Shown here: piece by piece, positions 38,388-51,582 of the stretch
Numbering within the stretch: position 1 is the stretch's first letter
Layout of the letters: every line of letters starts with the position of its first letter
Origin: Syncephalis fuscata S228
Lineage: Eukaryota; Fungi; Zoopagomycota
Assembly (NCBI GenBank): GCA_025786725.1
Contig: JAHLTZ010000034.1
Location: forward strand, 124,001-188,000
Direction: 5' to 3'
DNA length: 64,000 nt
Program-made: the position numbers and the translations under genes
The notes under the pieces: generated by a model
What the model was told of the DNA's origin: nothing
The model's database searches: none
Seen by the model: the letters and a program-made list of their open reading frames with translations, nothing else

Positions 38388-40017
38388 ATGGAAGAAGCAT
38401 TACTGTCCAGGAATGGCATGGTAGTGGCTGCTACCACCTCTCATGGCCATTACCACAGTAGCCATCACAGCGCTTTGCATGGCAGTAGCAATGGCATTAA
38501 CAAAGATAGTGACGACGCATCTGTGCCATCTACCGCAGCTGCCAGTTCTCATTCCTTCACTGCCCAGCAACCACAAGAATATGTACTATCACCAACATCC
38601 ATGACATTTAATACGCCCAAGTGTAGGTCGCTAGTGTTACATTGAAACAAATGAATAGCCATAACAATACGGTGATTATTTAGATACTATCGGTGTATGT
38701 GCCATGCATAAAAAAGCCCGGTCCAAACCGATGCAGAGTATTCTAACTCGATTATGTAATAGTGGACATTTTGATGTTGTTTATTTCGACGAGACAGCAA
38801 TTCTAAACGATGGTAAATAGCCGTGCCACTTTACAGTGATGGGATCACTATTACTATTATGCTATAGCTTACTTTATTCAATAGAGGTGGATACTTGGCC
38901 CAGATGTGATTTTCTTATTGCATTCTACTCGGAAGGATTTCCGCTGGAGAAAGCAATTACCTACGCAGAGAGATATCAGCCGTACTGTGTCAATGATCTG
39001 CGATTACAGCAAGCGCTATTTGATCGTCGACTTGTGATGCGTATCCTCGATGCCAATGGTATTCCTACTCCACCGCGCATTATTGTGGTTCGTGACCAGG
39101 GACCGGTAGCAACGAAAGAACTGGCCGATAGACTTCGACGTCGTTATGGCGTTGAACTATGTGGGAAAAGAGCGGCACTCCCACAATATGTTGTTACAGC
39201 GCCCCATTCTGAAGAAGGCGACAAAGAAGCAGCCTCGGGGGTAGAGACTGATGCAAATACGCAATCTACAGATGATGTTAGTGGATTTGCTCAACTAGAT
39301 GAGGATACCATTCGATGGGATGGTCAAATCATGCGCAAACCATTTGTAGAAAAACCGGTAGATGGTGATAATCACAATGTGCGTATCTACTATTCAAGTA
39401 AAGATGGTGGCGGTGCTCGTTGCTTGTTTCGTAAAATAGCCAATAAATCAAGCGAGTTTAGACCGGAAATCAGCCAAGTACGCACCGATGACTCTTATAT
39501 ATACGAGGTAACAACAATCATTTATTCATTAATAGTATTATTAATAACGGCAATTGAATAGAAATTTATGCAAGTAAATAAAGCAGAGGATGTTAAAGTA
39601 TATACCGCCGGTGCAAGCTATGCTCATGCCGAGACACGCAAGTAAGTATCCAGTATAGTATCTGTCTCACTATAGCTACTAAGCATGCAACTATACAGAT
39701 CCCCTGTAGTAGATGGCACTGTAGTAAGGAATCCAGATGGTAAAGAAATACGCCATACCACACCACTTACGCCAACGGAAAAGGAAATCGCCCGTAAAGT
39801 ATGTAGGGCATTTGGTCAAACCATTTGTGGATTTGATATGCTCCGTGTGGGCGATCAGTCATTTGTTATTGATGTTAATGGCTGGTCATTTGTTAAGGGA
39901 AATGAGGCATATTATGATCGATGTGCATCTATTCTACAACAAATGTTTTTACGTGCTGCACATCAACGCCGTTACTCTCTTTCATTGCCCAAGGGAACCG
40001 GTCTTGACAATCTTTAG
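38388..40017 (+). CDS. VIP1: Vip1/PPIP5K inositol pyrophosphate kinase, ATP-grasp kinase domain only, spliced
   Basis: [66 protein letters not shown]…[29 protein letters not shown]; stop at 40015-40017. Confidence 0.93.
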
Positions 40018-40106
40018 CTTTACTGTTTATTTAACCTTAATTTTACATCTTAGTGCATAATAAATTGTGACTAATTATCAATCAATATAAATTAAATGAT
40101 GGTTTA

Positions 40107-43100
40107 TTACATATTTTCATTATTTTCGTTTTCATTATTGTTATCATTCTCATCGTTATTGCTATCATAAGATGTATCCATATCATGATCAGTGGGATTT
40201 GCTGTGTTGTCGTCATCTACATCCATGGCATAGATACGAACTCGTCGTCCATCATCGTTAATGGAGGCAATAACACGTCTTCCCTCGTGTCCATTAACGG
40301 CTAATCGACTAGTACTGGCTATTGGTTGATCGTTAGTGGTAGAGGTGGACGTGTTCACTACAGGTCCTGTCTGTCTATCTATAAATCTGGCTCGATCAAA
40401 TCGACAAATTTGTCGGTCAAATGACTAGTTGCGTCGATTCATTAGAACGAACAAATATCCACCATCTATAACTACTTACTACAGTATCTAATGCACTAGA
40501 TAGAATATTGTGAGGCCATTGTTTAACTGGTAGATCAGCCACTGAGACTGAGTAATAGTTCAAATCTAGAAAATAGCTTGTAACTAAATAGCGTTCTATA
40601 ATCAATACATTAATTAGTATTTACACATTATATTTATATGTCTCTATTTACCTTGATAATTCTCTTTTAGTAGTTCAACTCGTAAACAAAGTGTCTCATC
40701 ATCAAAGAACTGCATGTCCAGTACTCTTATTCGTGGTTGTTTATCAGTTACTATGGTTGCTGTATCTGATACACATGCTGATAAAGGAATTCGCGCTACT
40801 TGAATAGATGTTGTAGTATTCAATATATCTTCTATAATTAAATCAGAAGCAAATGCATCTAAGATAGAATTTGATGTTGTAGTTTTAACTCCTGGACATA
40901 GTTTATGAGCACAAGGTATTTTGATAATCCATACTAATTAATAGTTATTGTAATTAGCTAATATATTGTATTATATTCATTATACTTGCCTGCATCATCT
41001 ATAGTTGAAGCATGATGACGATTAAACACAGTAGTTGTTGGTGAATTGTTATAATAAGCAACAAAACAAGCATAATCCTCTTTAACTGTCTAATGATCAA
41101 TATACATCAATAATAATTAACATTATTAATATATATATATATATATGCTTTAATAGGTTACCTGATCCTTAATGACTCGTAATGTACATAGTGAATTAGA
41201 TTTAATATCTTGTTGAGCAATAACCAGTGTAGATGTTAATTGAATACTACTATTAATAGCATCTGAACATAGATTAAATATTTCCGTCATATGTCGTGTT
41301 ACTTTATCAAATCCACTGGTTAATTTCGCATTATTATTCTCGTCTATTTTATGAAAGAATACATAAAGTTGATCAGTACCACGTCGTATTTCTCTAAATG
41401 GATCATCATCTTCATCCATATCAGTGCCACTTTCTTTAGTATATTGTTCTCCTGCTAGTGATTCTTTTAAAAATGTTTGTACTAGTGCTTGTTTAACTCT
41501 AATTGGTCGTTGTTCTTTATGTTGCTTTTCCATATTCATAATGGTAGAGGCTATTAATGTTAGATTAATATTAGTATTAGATATGGTATACTACAAATGA
41601 CTTGCCATATTCAATCCATGTCATAAACTCATTAAAACAATCCAATTCTTTATCTACATTTTCTACTAGTTGCTTTACTTGATCCATAAACTCTTCTATT
41701 GCTTTAAGACTGCGTTCAATCTCTGCTGCACTAAGGCCAAGTGGGCCATATCGCTCATTCCTAATTAATAATACATTGATTAACACATAAACACACACAC
41801 ATATATATACATATATACATCTATATATAATAAATGGTTATTACCATAGTGCAAATGTTTCTAATCGTCGTGCTGTTATCTTAAGTCGATCAACCATTGT
41901 TATCAACTTCTGCTTAATAAGTGTTTGCATTGTTTCAAGTGATTTTTGTCCAGTTGATCGCCACCGTTTAAGGCTCTATTATATAAATCATTTATAAATA
42001 TACTTTTATTATTTACAATAGCCAGTAACTTACATGTTCGGTTAGATTCTGTTCAAAGAATTGTTCAAATGCATCACTGAATGAGAAAGATGCCATAAAA
42101 TATAGAAATGCTCTCTTGGTGTATATTCATCTATTATATATGAATATGTATATATATTTATATAGTTATTATTACATTCATTATTATATAAATACTAGCT
42201 ATATAGTATATTAAATACCTCCATGTCTCCAAAGTAAACTAGCCAATACTCGAACTTGTTCATCAATAGATCGTCGATACGTATGATATGCATCCTTTAA
42301 TGACCGACAAATATTCTTAACTTCATTTAGTGTGGTATCTGTACACGTAAACATTGCCTCAATCATGGCCAGTTCATTGGCATATTTACCAATACAATCA
42401 AGTGAAAACCGTTGTAATTCAATACTTCGTGTAGATTCAGTGACTTGAGTAGTCAGTAGTAATAAATATGAAAGTGCCTCATTATCCATATAAACACCTA
42501 ATACACTCTATTATTTCATTATAATTATTATTGATACAGTATAATACATTTTGATATTGAATTTACCTGAATTCGTTGATGCCCAATAGCGCCAATATCC
42601 ATTAATCCATTAATACTATTACGTTAATATTAAGATTAGTCCTATTAGCAATTATATAATATAATATATCGCATTTATACATACTTTAATCGTGTCCATC
42701 CACCAGCATCAACAATGGCCAGTAAACTGTAAGGTTGCGGTGTATAAGCATCCAAATCCGATGGTAAAGTTGTCCATCCAAAATAAGCGGCCATATCATT
42801 TCTTTTAGCCTTTTTAGCCAAATCTCTAATATAATAATCAATAGTAATTATTATTATATTTACTATATCGACATCTAATCCTACTTTATGATTTCTGAAC
42901 GATCTGACGGCCAATCTGATACCAGTGATTGAGTACGTAATATATCTAACATTTCCAATTTATTTCGATTTACTTTAAATTTCTAAATAATTTATGAGTA
43001 CTACTATGGCTAGTATAAACGGTATTAATCTAACTTACTGGAACTGCTTTAACTGCCCAGTAGACACCAATAACACTCGAGGTAGATGGTCGATTAGAGT

Positions 43101-43791
43101 GGGGTTTAGACGATGAACGATATGTATCAAGTGTTGTAGCTACTGTTGTAGTTGTTGCTTCATCAAGTGGCCTTAATTCACGAATAAGTTTACCATTATG
43201 GATAGTAAATAACTTTATTGTGCCATCAGTATAACCAGCCACCAATATCTGACCTAGTTAGATGTGTATCAATCAAATCGTTACTATATTAACGGCATTA
43301 AATAAGACTTGGTAAAGTAACTAACCATCTGGACGCCAATTAATACAAGCAATCTGAACCTTATCCGATTCAGAAGGCAGTGACCAAACACGCGACCATG
43401 AAATGCGTGACACCACTAAATCGCCACGTGTATGCACCATAGCCAATACATCAAGTGTAGGACACCAACTAGCCATAAGAATAGGATCCGATAGTGACCG
43501 TTCCGAATACAAATGGAAATGCCGAGCAGTATCTGGATTAGCCGCTTTTAATAGCATTCTACCACTTGTATCCACTGCTGTAGATAATAAGGATGTATTT
43601 GTTGGTGGTGGTAGTTTAACTGAACGCGACATTCCTTTAGTTGTACGAAGCCGTTTAACTTTTCTACCTTCTTCATCGTTACCAATAACACCAAGTGTAT
43701 CGTTAATAGACTCATAGCCTACTTCTGTATCGCTATCGATATCTGGTGGGGGAGAACCCACAAGAAATACCACGTCGTCTGTTCTATCCAT
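40107..43791 (-). CDS. APC4: Anaphase-promoting complex subunit 4, multi-exon
   Basis: SWCPTLDVLAM…SRISWSRVW…INWRPDGQILVAGYTDG; LKRWRSTG; FNEFMTWI; C-terminal LAVNGHEGRRVIASI…RIYAMD plus acidic tail. Confidence 0.88.
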
Positions 43792-44305
43792 TGAAAATAG
43801 TAGAAAAAGGTTAAAATAATAAACAATGAATTGACATAAAAGATACATCACACACAATACACACACACACAAATGAAGGCCCAGCCTTATTTATTCATAT
43901 ACTTTCACTTTACTTATCACTCTCCACTCACTCAACCTCTTATATATTCTTTATTGTTTCGTGGCTGTTCTATTTGTCTTTGTCTTTATTCGACGTACTC
44001 TTCGTCATTCTATTGATAAATACCGTGATTCTATAAGCTATTGGGTGACTGTTATTGTCAAAGTACTTGGTTAATTAACCTCTTCCAGTAAACAGTACGT
44101 ATTACTTGGCAGCATTCATCTTTATTATGGCTTTATTCTGTGCCTAGCTTGTTCAATCGTGAATTCCCTTCTCTATCGTTACTAATAGTGTTTCTCATCT
44201 GTATTAGCCGCTCTATCTAGGCATCTACAACGCTGTTATTACCTACGTTTGTTTGGGTTGCCTTAAACGAGCGTGTGATTGCCAACGTGGCTGAGGCTAG
44301 ACAGC

Positions 44306-47300
44306 ATGGAGCAGCCGTCCGGTTCTGCTCCTACCTCTAATGCGGCCACACCGTCGAGTGCATCTCCACCGGCTCAGGAGAGCATAGCAGAGCGGCTAGC
44401 AAATAGGCTTGGTAATCTTTCTTTGACAAAGCACAAGTCGAAATCCAAAGTGACTGAAGAATCAGCCAGTGAGAGTGAGTCTTCTGCAGTTGGTACGGCT
44501 AGCGCGTCTCCGACGTTAAAAAATCATCAAAGATCACAGGATCTATTTAGTGAATTGCCTCCTCTGCCGTTTGAACGTGAATTACCGGCACCGCCACCAG
44601 CTGTAGCGGCCGCGCCTTATCCATCCGATTATGCGGCTGCAGTAATGCGATCTACTTCATCGGCAAACAATTTACGGGCCGATGCACCTAGTGCTGGATT
44701 TACATTTGCACAAGCATCGGCCAGTACTAGTGAAGTTAATAACAATGAAGCTAGTACATCTACTGGCGATAGACATGTTGATATGCCGTATTTGCAACAA
44801 CCACAACAAACTACGATAGAGGATGCACCGTTGCCATCATTACCACCACGACCTAACACAATAGGCAGTAATAGCAGTAGTGGTAGTAACAACAACAATA
44901 ACAACAACAATAACAATACGCGACTGGATGTAAATGTTGCCAATGTAATGTCCACATCTAATCGTTCTAATGGCTTCTATTATCCATCTTCTACTATATC
45001 AACGCCTACAACGGCAGCAGCCACTGTACATGCACATGCACAAGGTAGTGGATTAGCGCGTGTCCATTCAGTGTCACCGCCTAATAATCGGGCTCAATTA
45101 ATACCGCCAACATCTGGATCACCTTTATTACAGACACCACAACATCAACAAGTACTACGAACAAGGCCTGCATCATCCGTTGGTCTAACCAATGTGTCAT
45201 CTCTGCCAAACCCACCTCATTCGGCCCCTGCCTTTTCAGATCATTCAAGTACGCCACCACCACTTCAAGTGGCACCCACACCACGTCCTATGTCCTATAC
45301 TGCATCCAATACCACAGCATCCATGGGCAATACATTCCTGCCCGAGGGATCATCTGGATCGACTGAGCCACAAATGGTGATTATTAATATATTATCCATA
45401 AATTATAATACTTATATTGATATGAATGGATTAGGTATTTTGTCGCTGTGCTTTTTGTTACACGTACGTTTATTGACTATTAATTAATGTATAAAAACTA
45501 ATAGAATATTTAGAGAGCTCAAGTACTATGACGTTAATCGATGCTTTTCTTGTACTGTATGTGATACCGTTAATGATTTAGATGTTCACATTTCTAGTCG
45601 AAATCAATGTTAGTAACAAACGAGTATTTATATCGATATTAGGTCCTAATAACATAATGTAACTATAATAATATAGCTATTCGACAACAAACATCGCCTC
45701 TAGAATTGGATTGGTTGCAGGCAGGGCCTGGTGATGATGAGGCTGGTTATGCTAGACGCATCTATCTAGCATTCTCCAATTGGGATATTCTTAATGCTTC
45801 ATTTAGTAATGTAATACACAATAGATGAATTGGCTATGTAAAGCTAATGAACTAACCGATTAATAAATAAATAAATGTAGGGGCGAGAAAGTAGTGTAGT
45901 TGATACAGGACTGTTAATGAATGATCTACGTCAAGGTTATCGTATTATTATGTCACAGGTAGGTCTTTATATATGTTAGTAGTCATATTAATTAGTAATT
46001 AACAATTAATATTGAATTAGCCACGAGCTGTTATACGTGCTATGATGAGTGGTATTGATAAATTACTACGACGTATTGGTCGGTAAGTATTTGTATTTGT
46101 ATCTGTATTAATGAAGTAGTTCTAATTATGTATTAGACCTATTCGGACGACTCAAGAATTAAAATTTATTATGATTTTGCTTGAAGTAAGTAGTAATGCA
46201 TAATAGAATTTAATTAATTGTAATGTCTAATAGAATCCGGTATTGAATGCGAGTGGGCATCAACCAAAAGAGGCTGAACAACGACATGCCGTTCATCGTC
46301 GGTTATTTGGTCTAATTGGATTTCTGGCTAATGATTTACACCATTGTCTTGTAAGCTGGTTTAGTCAGTAAGTATCTATTGGTGTTGTTGTACTGGTATC
46401 AATAGAATATTTAACATAAATTATTTAGATTACCTAAAGACGTGTTTTTAGAACGAGTGGAAATGATTAATCGATTTATTACATTTCGACTACAAAATCA
46501 ACATCGATATCAATTAGATCCAAAGAATTTTTCACTTTATGACTCGGATTGGCCAACTTCTGCTGGTGCACGAGTAATGGCGCTATTCTGTATCCTTTTA
46601 CCACTTAATATACTAATACGTGTGGGTGTATGTGTGTTATAGTGACTTAACTTATTATATCTAGTTTCGGCCAACAAACAACGAACAAAAATTGAATTAC
46701 ACGATTTCTACAATACGCTGGCTGATTATATAGATTTACAACGAGATTTTGATTTATGGCGACGAACGACAAAGTAAGTGCTCTATTTACTGTGTAGTAC
46801 GAGTAGTAACTTTTGGTGTATTAGGCGGTTCTGTTTCTGCCAGTATCCGTTCCTATTAAGTATTGGTGCGCGTATGCGTATTATGGAAGTAGAAGCACAG
46901 CGCCAAATGCAACATCTAGCCGATGTAAGTTATTTATTTATATATTTAATGCATATGAATTAATTGTTAATTAATTAAATGTGTTTATGTGTATGTATAT
47001 ACATAGAGTGCGGTGTATAATACACTTTGTGGGCATCAGCCTACTGTACCTTATCTTGTTTTAAGAGTGCGTCGTGAATATTTAATTGAAGATTCATTAA
47101 ATCAGGTGTGTGTGTGTAATGACAATAAAAGTGTATTGTATTAACTTGATTCTTTCTAGTTGGCACAACTTCGACGTGACTTTAAAAAGAAATTACGTAT
47201 AGAATTTGTTGGCGAATTGGGCATCGATGCCGGTGGATTGACCAAAGAGTGGTTCTTATTGTTAGTTCGCGAGTTATTTAGTCCAGATTATGGTATGCAG

Positions 47301-48574
47301 TTTAATTGGATACTATATATTTGTGTTAATAATGTTATTTAGGCATGTTTACCTGTGATGAAGATTCGGGCCTTATTTGGTTTAATCCGGCTAGTTTTGA
47401 ATCATCCGATCAATATTATTTAGTTGGAGTGGTAAGCAGCATCATTATTGTATTATTAAAGGATTAGCATCTGATTTATACATTGTTGATTAATTTAGAT
47501 TATTGGACTAGCCATCTATAATTCGACTATTTTAGATATTCGTCTACCATTGGCTTGTTATAAAAAACTACTAGGTGTTAATGTGGGCTTAAGTGATTTG
47601 GCCCAGTTCAGACCTGTAGGTTATATGATTTAGTCTTTACATTTAATTAATAGCTTTATATGGCTGTTGTAGGCATTTGCTCATGGTCTTCGCCAGCTAC
47701 TTGAATATAAGGGAGATGATGTAGAAGAAGTATTTGGGCTAGATTTTGTTGCTCAATATGAAGCATTTGGTGAGATTCAACTTAAGCCACTAGTACCAGA
47801 TGGTGAAGGTAAACCGGTAACTCGAAGAACTCGACGCGGTATGTCACATCCTATAGAATAGCTATTATATACTGACATATAAATATAAATACATGTAGAA
47901 TACGTTGAACGATATATCGATTTTATTCTAAATACTTCAATGAATGATCAATTTGTGGCATTTAAACGAGGATTCGACGAAGTATGCGATGGTGCTACCA
48001 TTAAAGTACGTAGTAGTACACTCAAGTAGATAGACCTATTTACTTACTCAATAATCATCTAGTTATTCCGTCCAGAAGAAATCGAATTGGTTGTACGTGG
48101 TAGTGCTGATAGTCTACAATTGACCGAATTACGGGCAGTTACCGTCTATGATGGATTTAGAGATGACGAACAGATTATAAAGTAAGCTGGATTATGGAGT
48201 AATAGTAATTCAGTATATTGATATATATATTTATATACAATTAGCAATTTCTGGAATATTTTCATGTCAGCCGATCCAACAATGCAACGCCGTATTTTAT
48301 TCTTTATTACAGGCAGTGATCGTGTACCCGCTACAGGAATGAGCAATATGGTGTTTAAAATTACGTGTATAGGTAGTGATTGTGAACGGTAAGTTAAAAA
48401 TACTATAGTATCGATCATGGTTAATTAATAATAACTGGTGTTTATTAATCTAGTTATCCTCAAGCACACACTTGTTTCAATCAACTTTGTCTGTATCGCT
48501 ATAGAAACCGACAAAAGTTATACGACAAGCTAATTACTGCTGTTATGGAAAGCGAAGGTTACGGCCTTAAATAA
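44306..48574 (+). CDS. HUL4: HECT E3 ubiquitin ligase (Hul4/HECTD2-like) with long disordered N-terminus, multi-exon
   Basis: [68 protein letters not shown], catalytic [16 protein letters not shown]. Confidence 0.92.
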
Positions 48575-48683
48575 TAATGATGATGCTGTTATTCATGCGT
48601 GCACTTATACACATACATATACACAATTTATAAACAAACTTATTTTTGTACATATGACTATCTTGACTATTAAATACAACTCA

Positions 48684-49268
48684 TTATTTCTTTATTGTTC
48701 CTGTGAACCAATGACTTGTTTTACGTGCACCATTTAATACAGGAGTGACAGCAACACGGGCAAACCATGGGGTAAGTGCCACACAAGCGGCAATACGGAC
48801 TGGCATAAGTGCCTTGACAACTGCATAGGCAATGGCTAAATTGACAAATACTTTACTAGTGGCGCCTACCACACTATGATCTGATTCAACTGTATTAGTA
48901 TCTGTCGATGAACTCATATCAGCTGTTGTTGTTGCTTCTATATCTATATCTTCAGGTGCAGTACCCCAGCCATAACGTGCTACAAGCCGTCGAGCAAAGC
49001 GTTCTCCTTCGTGTAGTGCACTATCTGGTACCGGCAATTTTATATCGGCTGTATCAAGAGCATAATAAATAATTGGAATTGGTACAATAGCCGTAATTTC
49101 ATGAAGTATAGCAAAACTAGTAATATGTGTTGCTGGTGCATTTCGAAACTGATTAGTATAACGTCGCCAACCACGAGCTGTTGAGGCCGTTGTTGTTGTT
49201 GAGTATTTTGAAATCGAACCCGCCATCGGCCTTCGATTAAAGAGCATTACAAGGCGAAGACGACCCAT
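48684..49268 (-). CDS. MRX11: Mrx11-like mitochondrial membrane protein, intronless
   Basis: PATHITSFAILHEITAIVP … NLAIAYAVVKALMPVRIAACVALTPWFAR; arginine-rich presequence. Confidence 0.8.
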   Translation of the reverse strand: MGRLRLVMLFNRRPMAGSISKYSTTTTASTARGWRRYTNQFRNAPATHITSFAILHEITAIVPIPIIYYALDTADIKLPVPDSALHEGERFARRLVARYGWGTAPEDIDIEATTTADMSSSTDTNTVESDHSVVGATSKVFVNLAIAYAVVKALMPVRIAACVALTPWFARVAVTPVLNGARKTSHWFTGTIKK

Positions 49269-49670
49269 CACGTACAAAGGTAAACAATAGCTCTAGCCAA
49301 GAAATAGACAAATAGACAGATAAGAAGGATTGTTAACAAATAGGAACAGTATGATATTACTAGTAATATAGGTCGTTTGATCATGTGTCTGTGTATTTCA
49401 TTGGATTAAGGCTGCATAAAACAGTTTTCAAGGCAGTTGATTAATATCTACTTTAACCCCCAAAGCAGCAAACCATTTTACGCAATTGATTGTAGTGATT
49501 TAAATAGTTGATGGGTTGATTGGATTAATTTGTGTTTGAATGATAATTCATAATAAACATTATGTAGTGTAATAATATTATCATTTTCATAAAATTAATT
49601 AAATGTAACAGAGCATTGTATTAATAATAATTTAAATATTTTAATAAAAACATTAAATATCTAAAAAGTC

Positions 49671-49909
49671 TCATTGAGACGAACCCGCATTCTCTGCGGT
49701 GCTTGTGTTGGTTTGAGATGGTCTGGCAAACTCAGCTGGTCTGCCATTTCCATCCCAGATTGATTCGATGATATAAAAATATTTTTGCTTGCCATGACAT
49801 TCCAATTCCACACCACCTGGCAGTTTTGGCAGACTAAGGTGGTGTGGTGGGTATGATTATTTACAGCAATCTTTTCTATTAGACTTCTTTCCTTACAGAC
49901 ATGACAACT
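49671..49909 (-). mobile_element. C-terminal relic of a Fanzor/TnpB-type RNA-guided nuclease gene (Zn ribbon + RuvC-III), 5'-truncated
   Basis: CHVC…LVCQNCQVVWNWNVMASKNIF, continuing after a 1-bp shift near 49777 as YIIESIWDGNGRPAEFAR. This matches the Fanzor pattern CxxC…CxxC…WNRDVxAxxN…GRP..F.R. Confidence 0.72.
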
Positions 49910-50254
49910 ATCGTTTTTATAAATCAAGCAATATACTTGTTTTTACCAAATAGTTAAATCGTGTAACAGAAAATACAGGCCAATATGCCTATTTCTATCG
50001 CATATGTACTGGATTATTATCATTACTATGTTGCTATTTGTTCAAATGACTGGCAGATTGGAGTAAAGACCGTGCAAGTTAAAATCAAGACTGGTCAGGT
50101 TGAAATCAAAACTAAGAAGCATCCTATCACACCATGAATCTATTGGTACATGTGCACCTCAAACCATCGTTTGGATTGTTTTATTGGTTCATATTACACA
50201 TCAATGGTATATCTCGTATACTGCAGTATATTAGTATCTCAGCATAGCCATAAG

Positions 50255-50262
50255 TATAAATA
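50255..50262 (+). promoter_or_regulatory. TATA box upstream of the secreted peptide gene
   Basis: TATAAATA about 140 bp before the ATG at 50399, which sits in a CACCATG context. Confidence 0.5.
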
Positions 50263-50398
50263 GCCCACAAAATATACACAACCAACTGCAATATCATCAT
50301 CAAGCTCTACTTCTTGCTATACACACACTAATATACACTTTATATCAACCACACACTACTATTTTTTTATTTGTTTGTTTTAACAAATCAATATCACC

Positions 50399-50602
50399 AT
50401 GAAGCTTTCCATTGCCGTCGTTTGCACCATTGTCGTTGCGCTTGTGGCCGCTACAGCCATGGTGGATGCTAACCCAGCCTTAGTTCGTCGTCTTGATGCT
50501 AAGGCCTGCCAGGATTGCAGCAATGGATGCGCTTTGTCCTCCTCTGGAAACCCTTTGGCTGCCTGGCTTTGCTCTAGAAACTGCAAAAAGTTTTGTGAAT
50601 AA
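50399..50602 (+). CDS. Small secreted cysteine-rich peptide precursor (signal peptide, Kex2-type RR site, six Cys)
   Basis: MKLSIAVVCTIVVALVAATAMVDA-NPALVRR-LDAKACQDCSNGCALSSSGNPLAAWLCSRNCKKFCE; a GC-richer ORF inside AT-rich flanks. Confidence 0.82.
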   Translation: MKLSIAVVCTIVVALVAATAMVDANPALVRRLDAKACQDCSNGCALSSSGNPLAAWLCSRNCKKFCE

Positions 50603-51582
50603 TCGATGGTTTTAAGACATCAGCATTGGTAGTGCAATTGAACCACTATTCCAATACAATTTAGGTATATATTCGGTGAAAAGCAAGACCATTTGACAAC
50701 TACGCCGTCCAGTCTATTTATATATCAAGTTTTGGCCAATGCTCTGGTTTATCCAGTTTTTAATCAATGGTATCATTATTTCACCAACAAGTTTGCATCT
50801 AGTCGTCCTTATTCAACTGTGCAAGCCTATTGTAATAAACTTATGCTTTTATCTTTTAAAAATTACAAACATGACAAATCTATTAAATTGTTAAATTGTT
50901 ACATTGTTAAATAAAATAATGATTACATTAAATACTTACCTGAGAAGAAAGATATTCATCAATTTTAATGGCAACAAGATCTCCACGACGCTCTCGTCGT
51001 TTCAACATTTGCCAGCACCTGTTTACAACAGCAGATCGATGGCCCTTGTATACATTGCTCTGCTTGCCAAACATTGCATTGCCGAATACAATAAGTGGCA
51101 TTTTGTTAGTTGTTTGTAACCTTGCTGGACGCCATCCTTCTTTCTTCTTGGTGGATCACTATTTAATTACAAATACAAAGGCGTAGTTTAGAGTAGATGT
51201 GTTTACAAGTATTTTATTTAACATTCAATAAACACTGTTGCTTATACACTGAATCTAATGCTTAAAAGTCTAGTTGTCAATTATAATATCATGTTTTATA
51301 ATAATGACATTTGTCTATGCATTGATATTCATTCTTCTTATTTACTGATAACATATTCTATTAATATATTTGCTTTTATGCTATTAATTTTTATTCTTTC
51401 TTTTATTCTACCACTTAAGCAATTCCCCCATCTATATTTCAATTGGTTCAGTCTTTTTATTTACAATGTGATTCAATTTATGGATTGTATATATTAAATT
51501 ATTTATTAATTAAATAAAGATAATCTTTTTGCATTAAACAGTTTATTAGTCATTTAATGTTTATTTGGCGTAAATAACTACA

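Noticed and set aside
44629-44955. Antisense poly-Leu ORF and other antisense ORFs over She4, the RGS protein, PPR, APC4 and the RT gene
   Set aside because: Shadows of real coding sequence; the poly-Leu is the reverse of an (AAC)n poly-Asn tract.
1887-49268. Mitochondrial gene-expression 'cluster' (METTL15, RSM27, RT-like, PPR, MRX11)
   Set aside because: Spread over 47 kb among unrelated genes; compatible with chance.
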